Notes: generated from the sequence alone by a model not told the origin. Shown: positions 39,433 to 56,085, numbered from the stretch's first letter. The stretch is 64,000 nt of DNA from Eledone cirrhosa (GCA_964016885.1 OZ024743.1:302684001-302748000); one strand, 5' to 3'. Program-made: numbers and translations.

Positions 39433-40689
39433 GCGCGCGTGTGTTCGTGTGTGTTTGTGTGCGTGAAGTTAATTAAGATATAACGTTTAAAACCTACGTT
39501 TTTAACTAAGAAAAATAGATAGTATAATTTGCGCATACAAGACCCTGGAGACGAATGAAATGGTTACCTGTGGGACTCCAACTATCTTCTTCTCTATAGA
39601 GTCTCGATGTTCTACTATTACTCTATAGTGCTACTGGTAACTTCCTTCCGTTCTCTTAAGCCATTTATCAATCAGCCAGAAACGTAACTAAAAATCTAAT
39701 TCTAGAAAGTTTGAGCGAATTACAAATTCTTTTGAAAATTAAGTAAACTTAGATTTAACGGCTACAATCTACACTTTTCGCCATGAAAAACGATGTAATA
39801 ATGTAGGCATTTATGAGATGCTGTCTAAATGTTTCCTGTGCGATGGTACGGAGATGATACGCTTCCTAGCTCTAATCTCACCAGAAATTAATTTCCTATT
39901 TCTTTCATTGCCTTATATAACAATATAATTTTATGCCTGGCATATATGCATTAAAATATTACATTTGTATATAGTTTTAACAGTATGATCTTCGTGATTT
40001 CATTGGGTTTTGTGCACTATCATTTTCTCTCTACTTCGATTGTTTGCTGCACACCTAATACTTCCACATAACGGCTGATACACATTCATCGCGCATTCTT
40101 CATTATTGGTTTAGGATCTATAATCATAAAACTGTATCTAGATACGTATCGCTGTACGTGTATTTATACTATATACTAATATTATTCATCTGCGGGTGAA
40201 ACGTGTTGTACGTCTAAGAAGACAGTACAATACAATATTTATATTTTGATATGTAATAAATTCAGGAATTCGTATCCAAACCACATGATTTTGGTTTCTA
40301 CCGCTGTATAGTTTATCTATTATAGACTCAACCTCACCAACACCTCTTTAAAATCTGCACCACAAATCATCGTATAAAAGTAGTAGACTATTGTTCTAGT
40401 GTATATGTGAACGTAGAAAATGTTTTAACACTATAAATGACAGTTCTACATCGGAAGGGTGATAAAAGTAGAAGAAAAGTATTATTATAGGTTTGAGACA
40501 AACAAAGGTAACGTGGATATACGGGATATATATATATATATTGTTATACTTGGGGAGGGTCATATTTGCGTAATATTGCCAGAATTAATAACAGAACACA
40601 CTCACTGTTTGGTTGGTTTTCGCTTCTCGCTGTCTTTTATATCTGCGATCTAACTTACTCGGTCCTCAATGTTGCCATTGACTGACCGA

Positions 40690-43600
40690 TGTAAAACTAC
40701 CGGAAGAATTTACCAATGACCACACAGTAAATATCTATGGGAACACTTTAATCAGTGAACAAGAACAACAAATCCTACGGTTACCACCAAAATTTGCCAT
40801 CTACAAAAAGATTAACCCTATGGAATACAAAACGGAGCTGGAAAAGTGTTTCACAAAAATACGTTGGAATGCAAAGGTAAACAACAACAACAATAATAAC
40901 GGTAGTAGTAATATAAACAATAACTCTGGGTATAGAAATAACAGCCATAACCATAACAATGGCAGGAAAGTGAGAAATAGTGATAATGGCAATAATACTA
41001 GCGATAGGCGGAACAACAACAACCACAATAATAATAATAATAGAAACGTTAACCACAGACACAGCAACAGTGACCACAGTAGTAATAACGGTAACAATAC
41101 GTACAACAACAACAATAACCACAGTGGTAATAATGGAAATAGTACATGTAGCAACATCAACAAAAAAAAGAAACATAATAATAGTAACAACCACAATGGT
41201 AGAAACAACAGTAACAACAACAACAATAACGGTGAAGTAAACAACAATACATCTAGCAATCATAACAATAATAATAATGCTAATGATAGAAACAACGACA
41301 ACCACCCTGATAACAACAATAGCAACACACACAACTATGACGATAGATATAACGACAACCCCTTAGAGAAACTATTTTTCAACCCAGCTGACAAAACATA
41401 TAAAATGGGTAATATCTATCCTACGAGGTTACCCTTTAATAAAAGAGTTTGCATACCACAGCAAATAGATGACGAGACGGAGGCACAGTTCACCATAGCT
41501 AGAAATAAGATTAGACAAGTAGTAGAAAGGTATACTGAGAGACAGAGCAGACCAGAGGCCCAGCAACTTGGGAGAAAACCTGTAGAAGGCTTGGTTAGCC
41601 TCAAGCAGCGCACAAGGGATGGTGAGGTAGTGTGTCTACCCACAGATAAGTCTGGTAGGATGTCAATAGATAGCATGCCGAACTACATCGAGGCTATGCA
41701 AACCCACATCACCAACACGAGCGAAGTTGCACAACAAACACACGATAGGAGAGAAAAAATCCTCAACGCTCACATGATGATGTGGACTGACATCCTAAAG
41801 CCAAGCAGACGCACTGTCAACAACTTCCAGGCGTCTAACGATGGCATACCACCCATGTATGTGCTCCGCAAAGACCACAAGACAGTCGACGAATGACAAC
41901 AGGACCACCAACAAGACCCGTATGTGGAGCTAATATAGCTAGCAACTACAGGATCTCCTACTTTCTCTCAATGGTTATACGCCCCATAATGAAGATGTCC
42001 CCAGATTTATGTGAAAGTACAGAGGACCTCCTCAGCAGAATCAGTGAGTGCAACAAAAACAGGAGCCTATCCAACTGCATAATAGGCAGCATGGATGTGG
42101 TGTCACTGTACCCATCCATTAACATTGATTTTGTTGTGAAAAGATGTGTTGAGATGATCATTGAGAGTGAGGTGGAGTTTGCGACGTCGTCACAGACGAA
42201 CTGGGCCTCCTACTTAGACTTACCTACGACACTGACTACCTAGACAGCCATGACCTTAGATATTTCTGCCCTAGTAGACCTATCAGAGGTAGACCCCAAC
42301 CATAACCTCAATGGCAAAAAAGACTCCCATAGGAAGGTGGATTGGGTGGACCAAAGCTATACGGACCCCCCAAAACACTGATCAGGTAAGAAAAATGGTC
42401 GCACATACAATAGGGGCTAGTATCAAAACTACCCTAAAGGGCCACATATTTAAGTTCAATGAAAAAATCTACACCCAAAATGAGGGAGCAGGCATCGGCG
42501 TCAGCATAGCTGGTGATGTTGCCAACCTTTTCATGGTATGGTGGGAAAGGAGTCTTAAAGATCTCCTTAATGAAAGCTCCATAGACCACATCATGTACTC
42601 TCGTTATGTAGACGATATCAATATAGTTATAAGAACACCCCCACTAGAGAGCACTAACAAGTTTGATTTAGAACGTAGTACGATGGAAAGCATCCAGCAG
42701 ATAGCTAATTCCATACACCAGAGTATAACTGTAACTATCGACTTCCCTTCCAAACACCCTAACAATAGACTACCTGTATTAGACACAGAACTCTGGATTA
42801 ACACTATAGACGAGAGAGCCCAAATTCTCCACTCACACTATGCTAAACCCATGGCCTCCAAATACCTGATACTCAAAAACTCAGCAATGTCCAGTAGTGC
42901 TAAGTTTAATATTCTGATCGCAGATTTGGTACGAGTGATGAAGAATGTGTCCAGCATGTGTGACCCAACAGAGATGGAAAGACACATCCAACACTTCATC
43001 AACCGCATGCAGTTCTCTGGCTACAACCAAAGAGACATAGTCAGAGTATACGAAGGAGCCATGGAAAAGTATAAGACCCTCATAGAACTGGACATGAAAG
43101 AATTTGCCCACTATACAGGAGCAAATCATGGAATAGCTTAGATAGGGCTAGACATAAGATAGGGAAGGCCACATCATGGTACGACAACCAGAGATATCAG
43201 AGTGTCATGTTTGTGGATGCCACCCCTGGAGGGAAATTAGCTAACCAGTGTAGAACGGCCCTGAGAAAGATCCACTTAAAAATAAAGGGGGTAGAAAAGC
43301 CAGGAACCACCATAAAATCCCTGATCAGCAAAACCTATCCTTTTAAGAAAACCCACTGTACCAATAGGAAATGTATCATATGTAAGGTGAACCCCCGTAT
43401 AAACTGTAAAACTAGAAACGTAGTCTATAGCATAAGATGTACAGAGGGTACTTGCAGAAACATGACAACAACATACATAGGTGAGACAGATCGTAGCATA
43501 GGTGAAAGGATAGACCAACACTGGGGGAACTAAACGGACGAAAAAACGGGTCAGTACTATACGAACATGCTAGACAACAACATGACGGTAACATAGACAA

Positions 43601-43710
43601 CATAGAAATTAGAATAATATCTAAACATAGGAATGACCCAGCAAATAGGCAAATCAGAGAGGCCAGTGAAATAGAACTTAGAAGAACAAAGCTAAACAGA
43701 AAGAATTAGT
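40690..43710 (+). pseudogene. PLE polyprotein (N-terminal region with Asn-rich insert, RT, GIY-YIG), frameshifted
   Basis: LRLPPKF..KIRW, PTDKSGR, LRKDHK, RPVCG, SMDVVSLYPSI, YTQNEGAGIG, YSRYVDD (42605-42616), LPVLD, HYAKPMAS, CxxxxCxxC..RNVVYSIRC..YIGETDRSIGER; at least four frame breaks. Confidence 0.93.
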
Positions 43711-44035
43711 GGAACAACAACAACACCCAAACAAACAACACTGACCTAAGAGAAGTATAAATAAGTAAATAAATAAAATAAAATAAAATAAGATAAATAA
43801 ATACATACACAAGCACAATAACAACAAGCACATAAACACACACTAGTCACCCAGCAGACAGAACACTATACACACTAGTCACACAGCACACATAACACTA
43901 TACACACACGCAAACGCATGCGCAAAGAAGACAAAATAAAATAAACAAACAAGCAAATAAATAAATAAATATATAGACAGACTGAATAAAAAATGGCGTA
44001 GACATACAACACAACAGGAGGAGAAAAAAAATATA

Positions 44036-44080
44036 ACACCACTGACGATGTTGCAGATATGCAACGAAAGATTTATGTAA
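44036..44080 (+). ncRNA. HHR-like motif in family A 3' UTR (extra nucleotide before stem II)
   Basis: CTGACGA-T-GTTGCA gata TGCAAC-GAAA-GATT-TA; stems I and III are weak. Confidence 0.45.
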
Positions 44081-44344
44081 ATTATGTAAACTATATATGT
44101 GTTTGTGTCTATATTGTATCAGTATTATTTTCGACCGTCGGTCAGTCAATGGCAACATTGAGGACCGAGTAAGTTAGATCGCAGATATAAAAGACAGCGA
44201 TAAGCGAAAACCAACCAAACAGTGAGTGTGTTCTGTTATTAATTCTGGCAATATTACGCAAATATGACCCTCCCCAAGTATAACAATATCTGTTTCGACA
44301 CACGATTTCAGATAAAAAAACCTCGCTAAACTAATTCATCGCCG

Positions 44345-44409
<65 letters not shown>

Positions 44410-44478
44410 TATATATATATATCCCGTATATCCACGTTACCTTTGTTTGTCTCATACCTATAATAATACTTTTCTTCT

Positions 44479-44579
<101 letters not shown>

Positions 44580-44626
44580 ATATATATACATATATACAAT
44601 ATTGTATATATGTATATATATATATA

Positions 44627-44715
<89 letters not shown>

Positions 44716-44829
44716 TATAGAGTAATAATAATAAAATTGAAGACTAAAATCCAAAGAGGACTCGATAAGGAAAATATATATCAAATATATAAGAACCATA
44801 GAGCACGATAATCCGTGAAAAGCAGACAA

Positions 44830-46808
44830 CAAACAGGATGAATTTAGATTTAAAACTTATAATAACCCTCCGTGGAACCCAGCATTGCTACCCTTCGAAA
44901 ATGATGTCTTGGAACTCATTCGGAGTATCAAATTTCGGAATAGGAGCAATTTCTTCCAGCAAGACCTGAAGAATAGAATTCGTTCTATTAAGGATTCTAA
45001 CGCCGTGCACGTCAATTCCGACAAAACTGGCAACCTATATCAAGTGGAGCGCAGTACTTACCATCAACTACTACATAATGCTGTAACTAAGGATTACCGT
45101 AAAACTAATCGGTGCGTCATCAATGAAATCAACGATGCTGGGTTTAAAATCACATCTGATCTCAATATCCTGGACCGGACCGAACCTCTGGACCCTATCT
45201 CTCCCCACTTTACCCTGAAGGATCATTAATCCAATTTTCCGAACAACCCCTCTATTCGGCTTATTAACCCTACGAAGTCCGATTTAGGTAGACTTAGTAA
45301 AACGATTCTTGATAGAATTATACCTGAAATTAGAAGTTTGTCCCGTCTCGCACTGTGGAACAATTCTTTCGCGGTGATTGATTGGTTCAACGGCATATGT
45401 AACAAGGAACATTGCCGTTTTATCCAATTCGACATCAACAATTACTACTCCTCCATCACTTTACCACTTCTCCTTAGAGCTATCAATTTCGCTAAAACAC
45501 TCACAGTGGTTAAGGATTTTGAAGTTGATGACATTCTTAATGGTCGAAAGTCGGTGATTAATTTCGACGACTCTATTTGGATTAAAAAATCCAATAGTAC
45601 CCCCATTCGACGTGAGTATGGGCGCCAGTGACTCTGTGGAGGTTACTGATCTTATTGGCCTTTTCCTTCTTTTCTCTATCAAGGACGAATTCCCCAACGC
45701 GGGCGGTGGTTTGTACCGTGACGATGGTCTTTTGACCATGACTAAGTGCGGACCTCGTGCTTGCGACAGGTTCAGAAAAGAACTCACAGCCTTCTTTAAA
45801 GGCTTCAACCTCTCTATACAGGTTGAGGCCAATCTCTCAGTCGTTAATTACCTCAACGTTGCCCTCAATTTATTGAATGGGTTGTATTACCCGTATAGAA
45901 AGCAGAATGATACGCTTAATTACATAAGTAAGCATTCCAACCATCATGCCAGCATAACCAAGAACCTTGTAAGAAACGTTTCGTTGAGGCTTTCCCGTCT
46001 TTCCGACAACGAGCGCATTTTCAACGACCATTCCACTTATTACAATGAAGCTCTTGCTCGAAGTGGATTTGTCGATAAGGTAGCATATACAGAGTACGAA
46101 AATAGACCTAGAAGAAATAGATCCCGTCGCATTTGTTGGTTTAACCCACCATATAATATGGAGGTGGCCACACCATTAGCTAAGATCTTTCTTTCCCTTA
46201 TTACGAAGCATTTTCCCCCTACACATAAATATAGTAAAATGTTTAATAGAAATACTATTAACATTTCTTACTCTACGACTCCTAACCTTTCACATAACAT
46301 CACAGCTTAAAATTTAGCTAAACTACCTAGCCGTAGGAACACGTGCAACCCTGTAGTTAGTACTAACTGTAATTGTAGGAATCGGGCTGATTGCCCCCTA
46401 TCTGGGAAATGCCTCTCTAGTAACATTGTCTACAAATGTAAGGTTGTAACACCCACGTCCCGTAGGGCCTACATAGGGTTAACCGCCAATAGTTTCAAGC
46501 AGCGTCTTTACATGCATACCCATTCTTTTCGCTACCCTCTAAGAAGGAATATGACGTCACTTTCAGCTTATATCTGGAGTCTAAAAGACAACCACACCCA
46601 ATATAAGTTACCCTGGGAGATCCTAGCTAGGGCTAGATCGTATAACGGAAATAAAAGACCATGTGACCTCTGCGCCGCTGAGGCCCTGGAAATACTCTAC
46701 GCTACGGACCACATCTTAAGCAAAAAATCTGAGGCAATTTCGGCTTGTAAGCATAAATTGCACAAAACTTTCCTGTATTACAGCCCCACGTTATACCCTA
46801 ACGGATAG
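44830..46808 (+). pseudogene. Near complete PLE polyprotein (family C): RT plus CNC/CPL linker plus GIY-YIG, with two premature stops and one frameshift
   Basis: FEND, SDKTGNLY, TLKDH*, RLINPTKSDLG, FIQFDINNYYSSI, MGASDSVEV, LYRDDGL, WFNPPY, CNCRNRADCPLSGKCL..IVY...YIGLT, CDLC, CKH. Stops at 45227 and 46308; frameshift ~45600. Confidence 0.93.
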
Positions 46809-47390
46809 CACGATCTATTCATGGATATTTTACGTCTTGATGTGGGAGCTAAGTATATGTTTTGTTTATTCCTTTACTTATTTGCAGAGGCAAGAATATA
46901 TTACCCGTATGTTTTGTGAAGGTATGTATACCTTCTCGTACGTATATTTGACTGTTATAGCGTATAATTTTTACATATTCTGGTATTTAGGGTTTGGCTA
47001 TGTGTATACGGGAGTTGTGCGTCTGTGTGAGTGTGCAGGTTCGTACGTATGGTGGGTGTGTGTATATGTGTACTTCTTGTTTTAGTTGACTTAAGTCTCC
47101 GAACATTCGTGTATTTATATGTAGGTATGCGTGTGCGCTTGTTATATACGTATTTATTTACTTATATACGTTTATATAATTATTTATTTATTTGTACACA
47201 AGCATAAACACACACACATATTTATATGTGCGTGGTTTTGTATACCCATGGTAAGGTTTTGCGTATGCATGTGTATGTACGTATCTGTTTGCGTGTATGT
47301 ATTTATTTGTTTCTATTACTTCTGTTTTGTATTTATTTACTTTGTTCTTAACTTTGTAGCGGAGATTCATTTGGTCTCCTAGTTAGAATT

Positions 47391-47646
47391 TTAGTCTACG
47401 ATTTCTGCTATACCATTTACGTGGTTTTGTCTTTGCGTGCTATTGTTCTCCACGCTCCACATATGACTTATTATCATCGTTTTTTCGTTCATTGCCAGAG
47501 AACGTCTCTATGCACCACATAAGAGAACATTAGTCTACGACCTCTTTTATACCATAAACGTGGTTTTGTCTTTGCACGTAATTGTTTTTCACCGCTCCTA
47601 TTAATGACGTATTATTCGTTTTTTCCCGTTCTTTGCCAGCGAACGT
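47391..47646. repeat. Two diverged ~139-bp direct repeats in the 3' region of family C
   Basis: TTAGTCTACGA...ACGTGGTTTTGTCTTTGC...TTGCCAG.GAACGT at 47391 and 47530. Confidence 0.75.
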
Positions 47647-47808
47647 TACCACGAACCAAAGTATCGTCTTCCTGTCTTCCTCCGGTTGCAACGTTTTTTG
47701 AAATATCCAGTTCTGCGTTTACAGATTGACTTTGTTAGTTTCAGAAAATCCCGTTAAGAGTGAAAGCACCGATTCTTTGCTTAAACATTAATCTGTTATT
47801 TTAATAAA

Positions 47809-47844
<36 letters not shown>

Positions 47845-47870
47845 TATATATATATATATATAATATATAT

Positions 47871-47913
<43 letters not shown>

Positions 47914-47915
47914 AT

Positions 47916-47948
<33 letters not shown>

Positions 47949-48031
47949 TATATATATATACATATATACATATATACAATATTGTATATATGTATATATG
48001 TATATATATATATATAATATATATATATATG

Positions 48032-48102
<71 letters not shown>

Positions 48103-48103
48103 T

Positions 48104-48190
<87 letters not shown>

Positions 48191-48394
48191 ACGGAGAAAA
48201 TGTGGTAAGGAAGCAGGTGGACCATAACGCACCAAAGTACTCAATACTTAGGGTAGTAGAGTGGGTATTATGAACGAGTAGGACCCCGACGGTTGAGCTC
48301 AAGCCTCTCCGACGGCTTATTCTGGACTGAATTAGCCGTCAAGACGGCTTGAGCTCAGCCGTCGGGGTCCTACTCGTTCCTATATATATATATA

Positions 48395-50658
<2,264 letters not shown>

Positions 50659-50692
50659 TATATATATATATATATATATATAATCCGTTCGC

Positions 50693-50726
<34 letters not shown>

Positions 50727-50855
50727 GCGAACGGATTATGTGTCATTGTAAATATGTAGCTTACTTAAGTTATAATTTGTTGTTATCCTTTTACTTATCA
50801 TTCGGTAATTCATTCCATTCATTCATCTATATAATCAATATTCTGTGGTATTATG

Positions 50856-50958
50856 TGAGGTTAACTTTACCTTTCATCCTTACGGGGTCGATAAAATAAA
50901 GTACCAGTAAGATACTGGAATAATAGCTGGCATTGTGCCAAAAGTAGAAACAATTATG
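50856..50958 (+). mobile_element. SINE 3' fragment (Octopus-like)
   Basis: CCTTTCATCCTTACGGGGTCGATAAAATAAAGTACCAG...TTGTGCCAAAAGTAGAAA, the reverse-orientation relative of 53712-53897. Confidence 0.75.
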
Positions 50959-51451
50959 TGTTTTCACTTTCATGCTCTCAATTCTAATATTTCTTTCTCA
51001 TCTTATTTCATCATTATTCATAACAACACTATTTCAATCGTTGTTTTTTATTTATCTTTCTAAAATCCTCTATATGTTCAACTGTTCACGAAGTTGTTTA
51101 CTGTTTATATATATATATACTTTTTTTTTGTTTATTTAGGAATTATATATTGCACTTCTAATTTCCTACTTTTTTCCAGCATCAACATCGGGTATGATAT
51201 TTCCAGTGTGTACTCTTTAGTTCTTATTACGAATACAAATTTCTCACCTACAAGCAAGTTCAGAATCAATGCAAATAACCTTACCCAAATAATGTTCGAA
51301 TTGAATTGATTAATACGTTATTTGTTTTCTATGTATTTCAATTATGTATGTATATATACATACATAAATATATATATATATATATATATATATTCAGCCA
51401 CTCTAGGCCACCCTACCCCCAGACACCATTCCGCCACCACCCTGGCCCACG

Positions 51452-52159
51452 TGAAGGACTAAATTTATTCATATGTAACCCATTTGCAACCACGCAACAC
51501 GCTTGTTTTCATATTCACACATATATATTTTCCTCCGCTGTGACCCGTCTGTTTCTTTCTTACTGCTTCCTCTTTTCTCTGTATATTTCACTTCCCTTTA
51601 CCCCCTCTAACAGTCACTCTCTCTGTTATCCTCTTCCTCACCTTTCACTCACTCACTCTCTGCTACTCCTCTCCTACTTACTCCCATTTGAACTGTGCGA
51701 AATTCTTTCCTCATGCACACTTTGACCAGGTTGGTTGTTCTTTATTCTCTCTTGTCTACGATTTCACAGAACTTAAGTTCACCGATTTCAGGGACTTGAA
51801 TCCTTCTGTCTCCCGTTTAACCTGTGCGAAATTCTTTCTTGCTCACATTTCGACCAGTTTTGAAGGTCTTTATTCTCTCTCGTCCACGATTTCCCAGAAC
51901 TTATATTCATCGATTTCAGGGACTTGACTCCTTCTTCCTCACTTTTCGTTGCATTATCTTCTTTGATTGTTTACAGTCTCGTTTGTTCCCCTTATTTACG
52001 TGTCCCAACGACTTTCGTGAGCCGATTCTCGGACCAACCGGAGGTATATGGTCTTTAAAGCGATGAAATACAAATGAAGGTTGGAACATCACTGATGAAG
52101 GACTAAATTTATTCATATTTAACCCATTTGCAACCACGCAGCACGCTTGTTTTCATATT

Positions 52160-52165
<6 letters not shown>
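51452..52165. repeat. Segment bounded by ~70-bp direct repeats with an internal ~130-bp duplication
   Basis: TGAAGGACTAAATTTATTCATAT.TAACCCATTTGCAACCACGC..CACGCTTGTTTTCATATTCACAC at ~51453 and ~52096; CTGTGCGAAATTCTTTC at ~51693 and ~51822. Confidence 0.7.
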
Positions 52166-52194
<29 letters not shown>

Positions 52195-52543
52195 GTGATG
52201 CGTGTGTGTCCGGCGAAAGTGTGAAAGATAGGTTTGAGGAGTCTAGAAAGAAGACACGAAATCTTATAGGTTGGATCGTTTATGCCCAACAAGTTTGGTC
52301 TATTGTTCAAGATTGTTCAAGTTGATTTGGGTCCCGTTTTGTGTTATGATCAGCTGGAAAAACGTGGGGAGCTTACTGGTTCTCCTGATTGCCATGTGTT
52401 TTAACTTACTAGCGAGGCTTTGGCGGTTACATATATTAGTCAAGCTGCTACTAATGAATGCCTATAGTTGGCTAGGTGTGATGTTGCTTCTAACCTTACT
52501 ATATATAATTGTGTTGCTGAGGTTTTCTCGCGTTAGCTGTGTG

Positions 52544-52667
<124 letters not shown>

Positions 52668-52989
52668 TGGTATACGGAAAAGAAAATGCTGACAAATTAA
52701 ACTATTTTTCACTGGGAACAATTTATCACCATTTTCGTTTCCGTTTACCAATATATCATAACTCGTGTGTTACACATCTATTCTTTTAAATATATATATA
52801 TATATATATTGAAATAACAGAGTAAAGTTTAAGGTGAATGCAGCGTTTATTTTATTAAACTTTAATCTGTTATTTTAATAGATATTTGCTCTATGTTTTT
52901 TTTTATTATAATTGATATATATTCATCCTTATCGAGCCCTCTTCGGATTTTAGTCTTCACATTTATTATTATTACTATATATATATAAC

Positions 52990-53170
52990 TTTTTCTACTT
53001 TTGACACAAGGCCAGTAATTACTCAGTACATTACTGGTACATTATTTTATCGTCCTCGGAAGGATGAAAAGCAAAATTAACCTTGGCGGGATTTGAACTC
53101 AGATCGTATAGGGACGTAACTATGCTGGAAAGCATGCCGACCCTCTACCGATACTGCCAATTCACCTGCG
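52990..53170 (-). mobile_element. tRNA-derived SINE
   Basis: Minus-strand B box GAGTTCAAATCC; homologous to 53712-53897. Confidence 0.8.
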
Positions 53171-53279
53171 GGTGCATATGTAATGACACGTTATCGAAGA
53201 AACAGACATTTTTCTGCAAGGAAAAAAATTTATAATTATATTTACATGTGACCACTTTGTAGTTAAGGCTAGAGAACCC

Positions 53280-55200
53280 CAGTAAGAGCTGTTGCATGAT
53301 TCATTAATCTCTCATCAAATACATTTACTTAACCTGCACTGATATGGAAATAGACATGAATCTAAATATGTCTGGCGTGATATTCGTTTGCGTGTGAGGC
53401 TCATTTGCATATAGCAAGCAGAATACATCTGCATATAGTGCGCATTTGACTGGTTATGATGAATTGGCAGTAGCATTAATAGCCCGTTTATGCATAATAG
53501 GATTGTATATGAAATGATATTCTCTATGTTAGCATCGCTTTCAAAGAAATAATATTGTTTTCGCAACGGAAATTATATTGTTCACTATTTTTCTCTAGGT
53601 CACGTCTCAGATTTTAGTATTAACGGTTGATAATGCTCGGCTGAGTGGTTTGAAAATTCCTAAATATTCCGTTAGTGACGTTCACTCAGTAGATGCTGAT
53701 ATGGAAATAATTGTTTCTACTTTAGGCACAAGGCCAGCAATTACCCAGTGCATTACTGGTACCTTATTCTATCGACCCCGTAAGGATGAAAGGCAAAGTC
53801 AACCTCGGCGGGATTTGAACTCAGATCGTAAACGGACGTAACTATGCTAGAAAGCATGGCGTCCGACCCTCTACCGATACTGCCAATCCACCGCTCTTAT
53901 GGAAATAATGAAGATTTTGCGTGATGAACATGTGTTAGAGGTGTTCATTTGCACATAGCAAATAGTTAACATGGACTGCAAATGTGTATTGCTATATAGT
54001 ACATAATTGTCTGATTACGATTAATTAGCAGTGGTAATATGATAGCATTTAAAAGTAATAATTATGTACATGAAACCATATATTCTATGATAACATCACT
54101 AAGGTAGAAAAAAAAGTGTTTTTTTTTCTCGTAAAGAAAATGTTATATTTCTCTTTTCTATCTCTGTGAAGATGTCACAAATTGTTCAGTAAGACTCGAT
54201 AATTCCAGTTCAATTTCAGACAAGTTCATCTTTCATCACTCTTACTCATTCAACCGTTACTGACATTATACATTTTTCAATGATGAAAATTTGATTGAGT
54301 TGTTCATTTCCACATACCAAATGGAAAATAGCTGTAAATGCGCATTAGCATATAATGTGAACTACATGGCTGGGTATAGTTAATTGGCTGTAGTTCTGCG
54401 ATAGCGCTTAATCATAATAGGGGGTTGTATATTAACATTTACTGCATGATGTCGAAGAAAAACATTGTTAGTCTATTTTTTCCCGAGAACACGTCACAGA
54501 CTTGTTTTGTAGCGTCCGGGAATGTAAGGAAGCACTATTTTAAAATTCATAAATATTTTCTGATTGAGATTCGCTCAACCTTTTCAATTTGAGGGAAATA
54601 GACATGGAATTCAAATAGATTTTGTGGAATAAAAAATTGCTGGGGATGCTCATTTGCATACCATATACATCTGGCTGGGTATTATTAATTGGCAGTAGGT
54701 CTAAAAGAGACTTTAATCATATAATATATTAAAGTATGTATCATATGTTGATATACAAGGAAAATTATGGGTACACTCTTTATTAATGAAAAATATTATT
54801 TCGTAAAGAAAAAAATATATCTATATTTATATTTCTCTGTGAACAGAGGCAATCGCTCAATCGCTTTCAGCATGGACATGGAATAATGTATTTATAGACT
54901 TTGCGAAATGAATATGTACTAGAGATACTCCTAAACATATAGGGTGAAAGCCAGAGAGGGCTGTGTCAAGATTCATTAATGTCTCATCAATGATATATAC
55001 TCAACTTATAAGGAAATGAATAGCATGTGAACAACCTCATTTGCTTTATAGAGAGTAGAAAGCATTTCATGGAAATGGTCATTTTCATACAGTGCGGATG
55101 TGGATATTGGAAAGTAATTGGCATGAAGACAGTGTTTAAGCGTAAAAGAGATTTATATGAAAGTATAAACTTTGTGATAGACGCGCTACCGAAGAAATTG
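53280..55200. repeat. Highly degenerate ~350-bp tandem array (about five units)
   Basis: TCATTTGCA-like anchor at ~53401, 53945, 54303, 54650 and 55038; spacing is ~350-390 after subtracting the SINE. Confidence 0.6.
53712..53897 (-). mobile_element. Full tRNA-derived SINE with 12-bp target-site duplication
   Basis: TATGGAAATAAT at 53700-53711 and 53898-53909; minus-strand A-box-like TGGCAGTATCGG and B box GAGTTCAAATCC. Confidence 0.85.
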
Positions 55201-55354
55201 TTTTGAAAAATTGTATTCACAAATTTTTTTCAGTAACTCTCGAGAATACTAGAAAGGCCTTTTTTTCCAAATTCGTTTATCTGTAATCACTGATATACTC
55301 TTTACGTTTACTGATATGATAATAGTCTATAGGATTTACGTAATCAACATGTGG

Positions 55355-55386
<32 letters not shown>

Positions 55387-56085
55387 CGAACACCAACCAG
55401 ATTGCGAGAAAAACCACAAACCCTCCATCACAATTCTACTTTTGAAAAGCAAAAGAACTGCGAAACCGGTCAAGGAACCAAATAAATACTTCTGTTTTAT
55501 ATGGAAAAAAGTGGTTCGAAATGCTAGGTTTGTAGAAAAGTGATTTGGTTGGTTGAAGACTGTCACGTGAATAAGTTTAATAAATTTCGTGCCAGTTCGG
55601 TTACATAGTTCTTATTATATTTGCCTTAAAAAAAGGGGGGGGGGGGTCAGATAGCTTTTTCATATATTGAGTCGAATTTGGTTGGTTGATGCAGTCATAT
55701 GAATAAGCACATTAACTTTGGCGCCATTTTGTGTTTGAGTTTCTTTTTACTTAAAAAAGTGGCTAAAAAAAGTTGTTTTTATAAATGTAATTTGATTGGT
55801 TATAAATGAAATTAATATTGTCACATGAACAAGTACATTAAATATCGCGCCTGTTTTGGGGAATTATTTTGTAGCCATTTAGATAATTTTGTGCGAAAGA
55901 AAAGATAATGGTCAAGAAAAAGGGGATGGGGAGGATTGTTCTGGTTAAATGAGTATGGCTGATGTGCTGAGGTTTCAACATTCAGACTTTCTATTGAAAT
56001 ATAAAAATAGAGTTATATGTATGTATTTTTATTTGTGTGGTGTGTGTGTATGTGTGAGTGCGAGTAGGAACATGATTCTATTAGT

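Larger units (their letters stand above)
40538..44345 (+). mobile_element. Near full-length PLE (family A) with 152-bp inverted termini
   Basis: 40538-40689 is the reverse complement of 44138-44289; ORF remnants span 40690-43710; both ends lie in (TA)n. Confidence 0.92.

Noticed and set aside
40781-41332. Hydrophobic V/I/L-rich minus-strand ORFs resembling membrane proteins (also 59926-60535)
   Set aside because: Antisense reading of the AAC-rich tract of the PLE ORF.
41890-41900. In-frame TGA as possible selenocysteine recoding
   Set aside because: Homology continues in a different frame (frameshift), and the element has a C-terminal endonuclease, unlike Naiad elements.
52089-52130. CTGATGAAGG motif at the start of a direct repeat
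   Set aside because: No stem II plus GAAA found, so it is not called an HHR.
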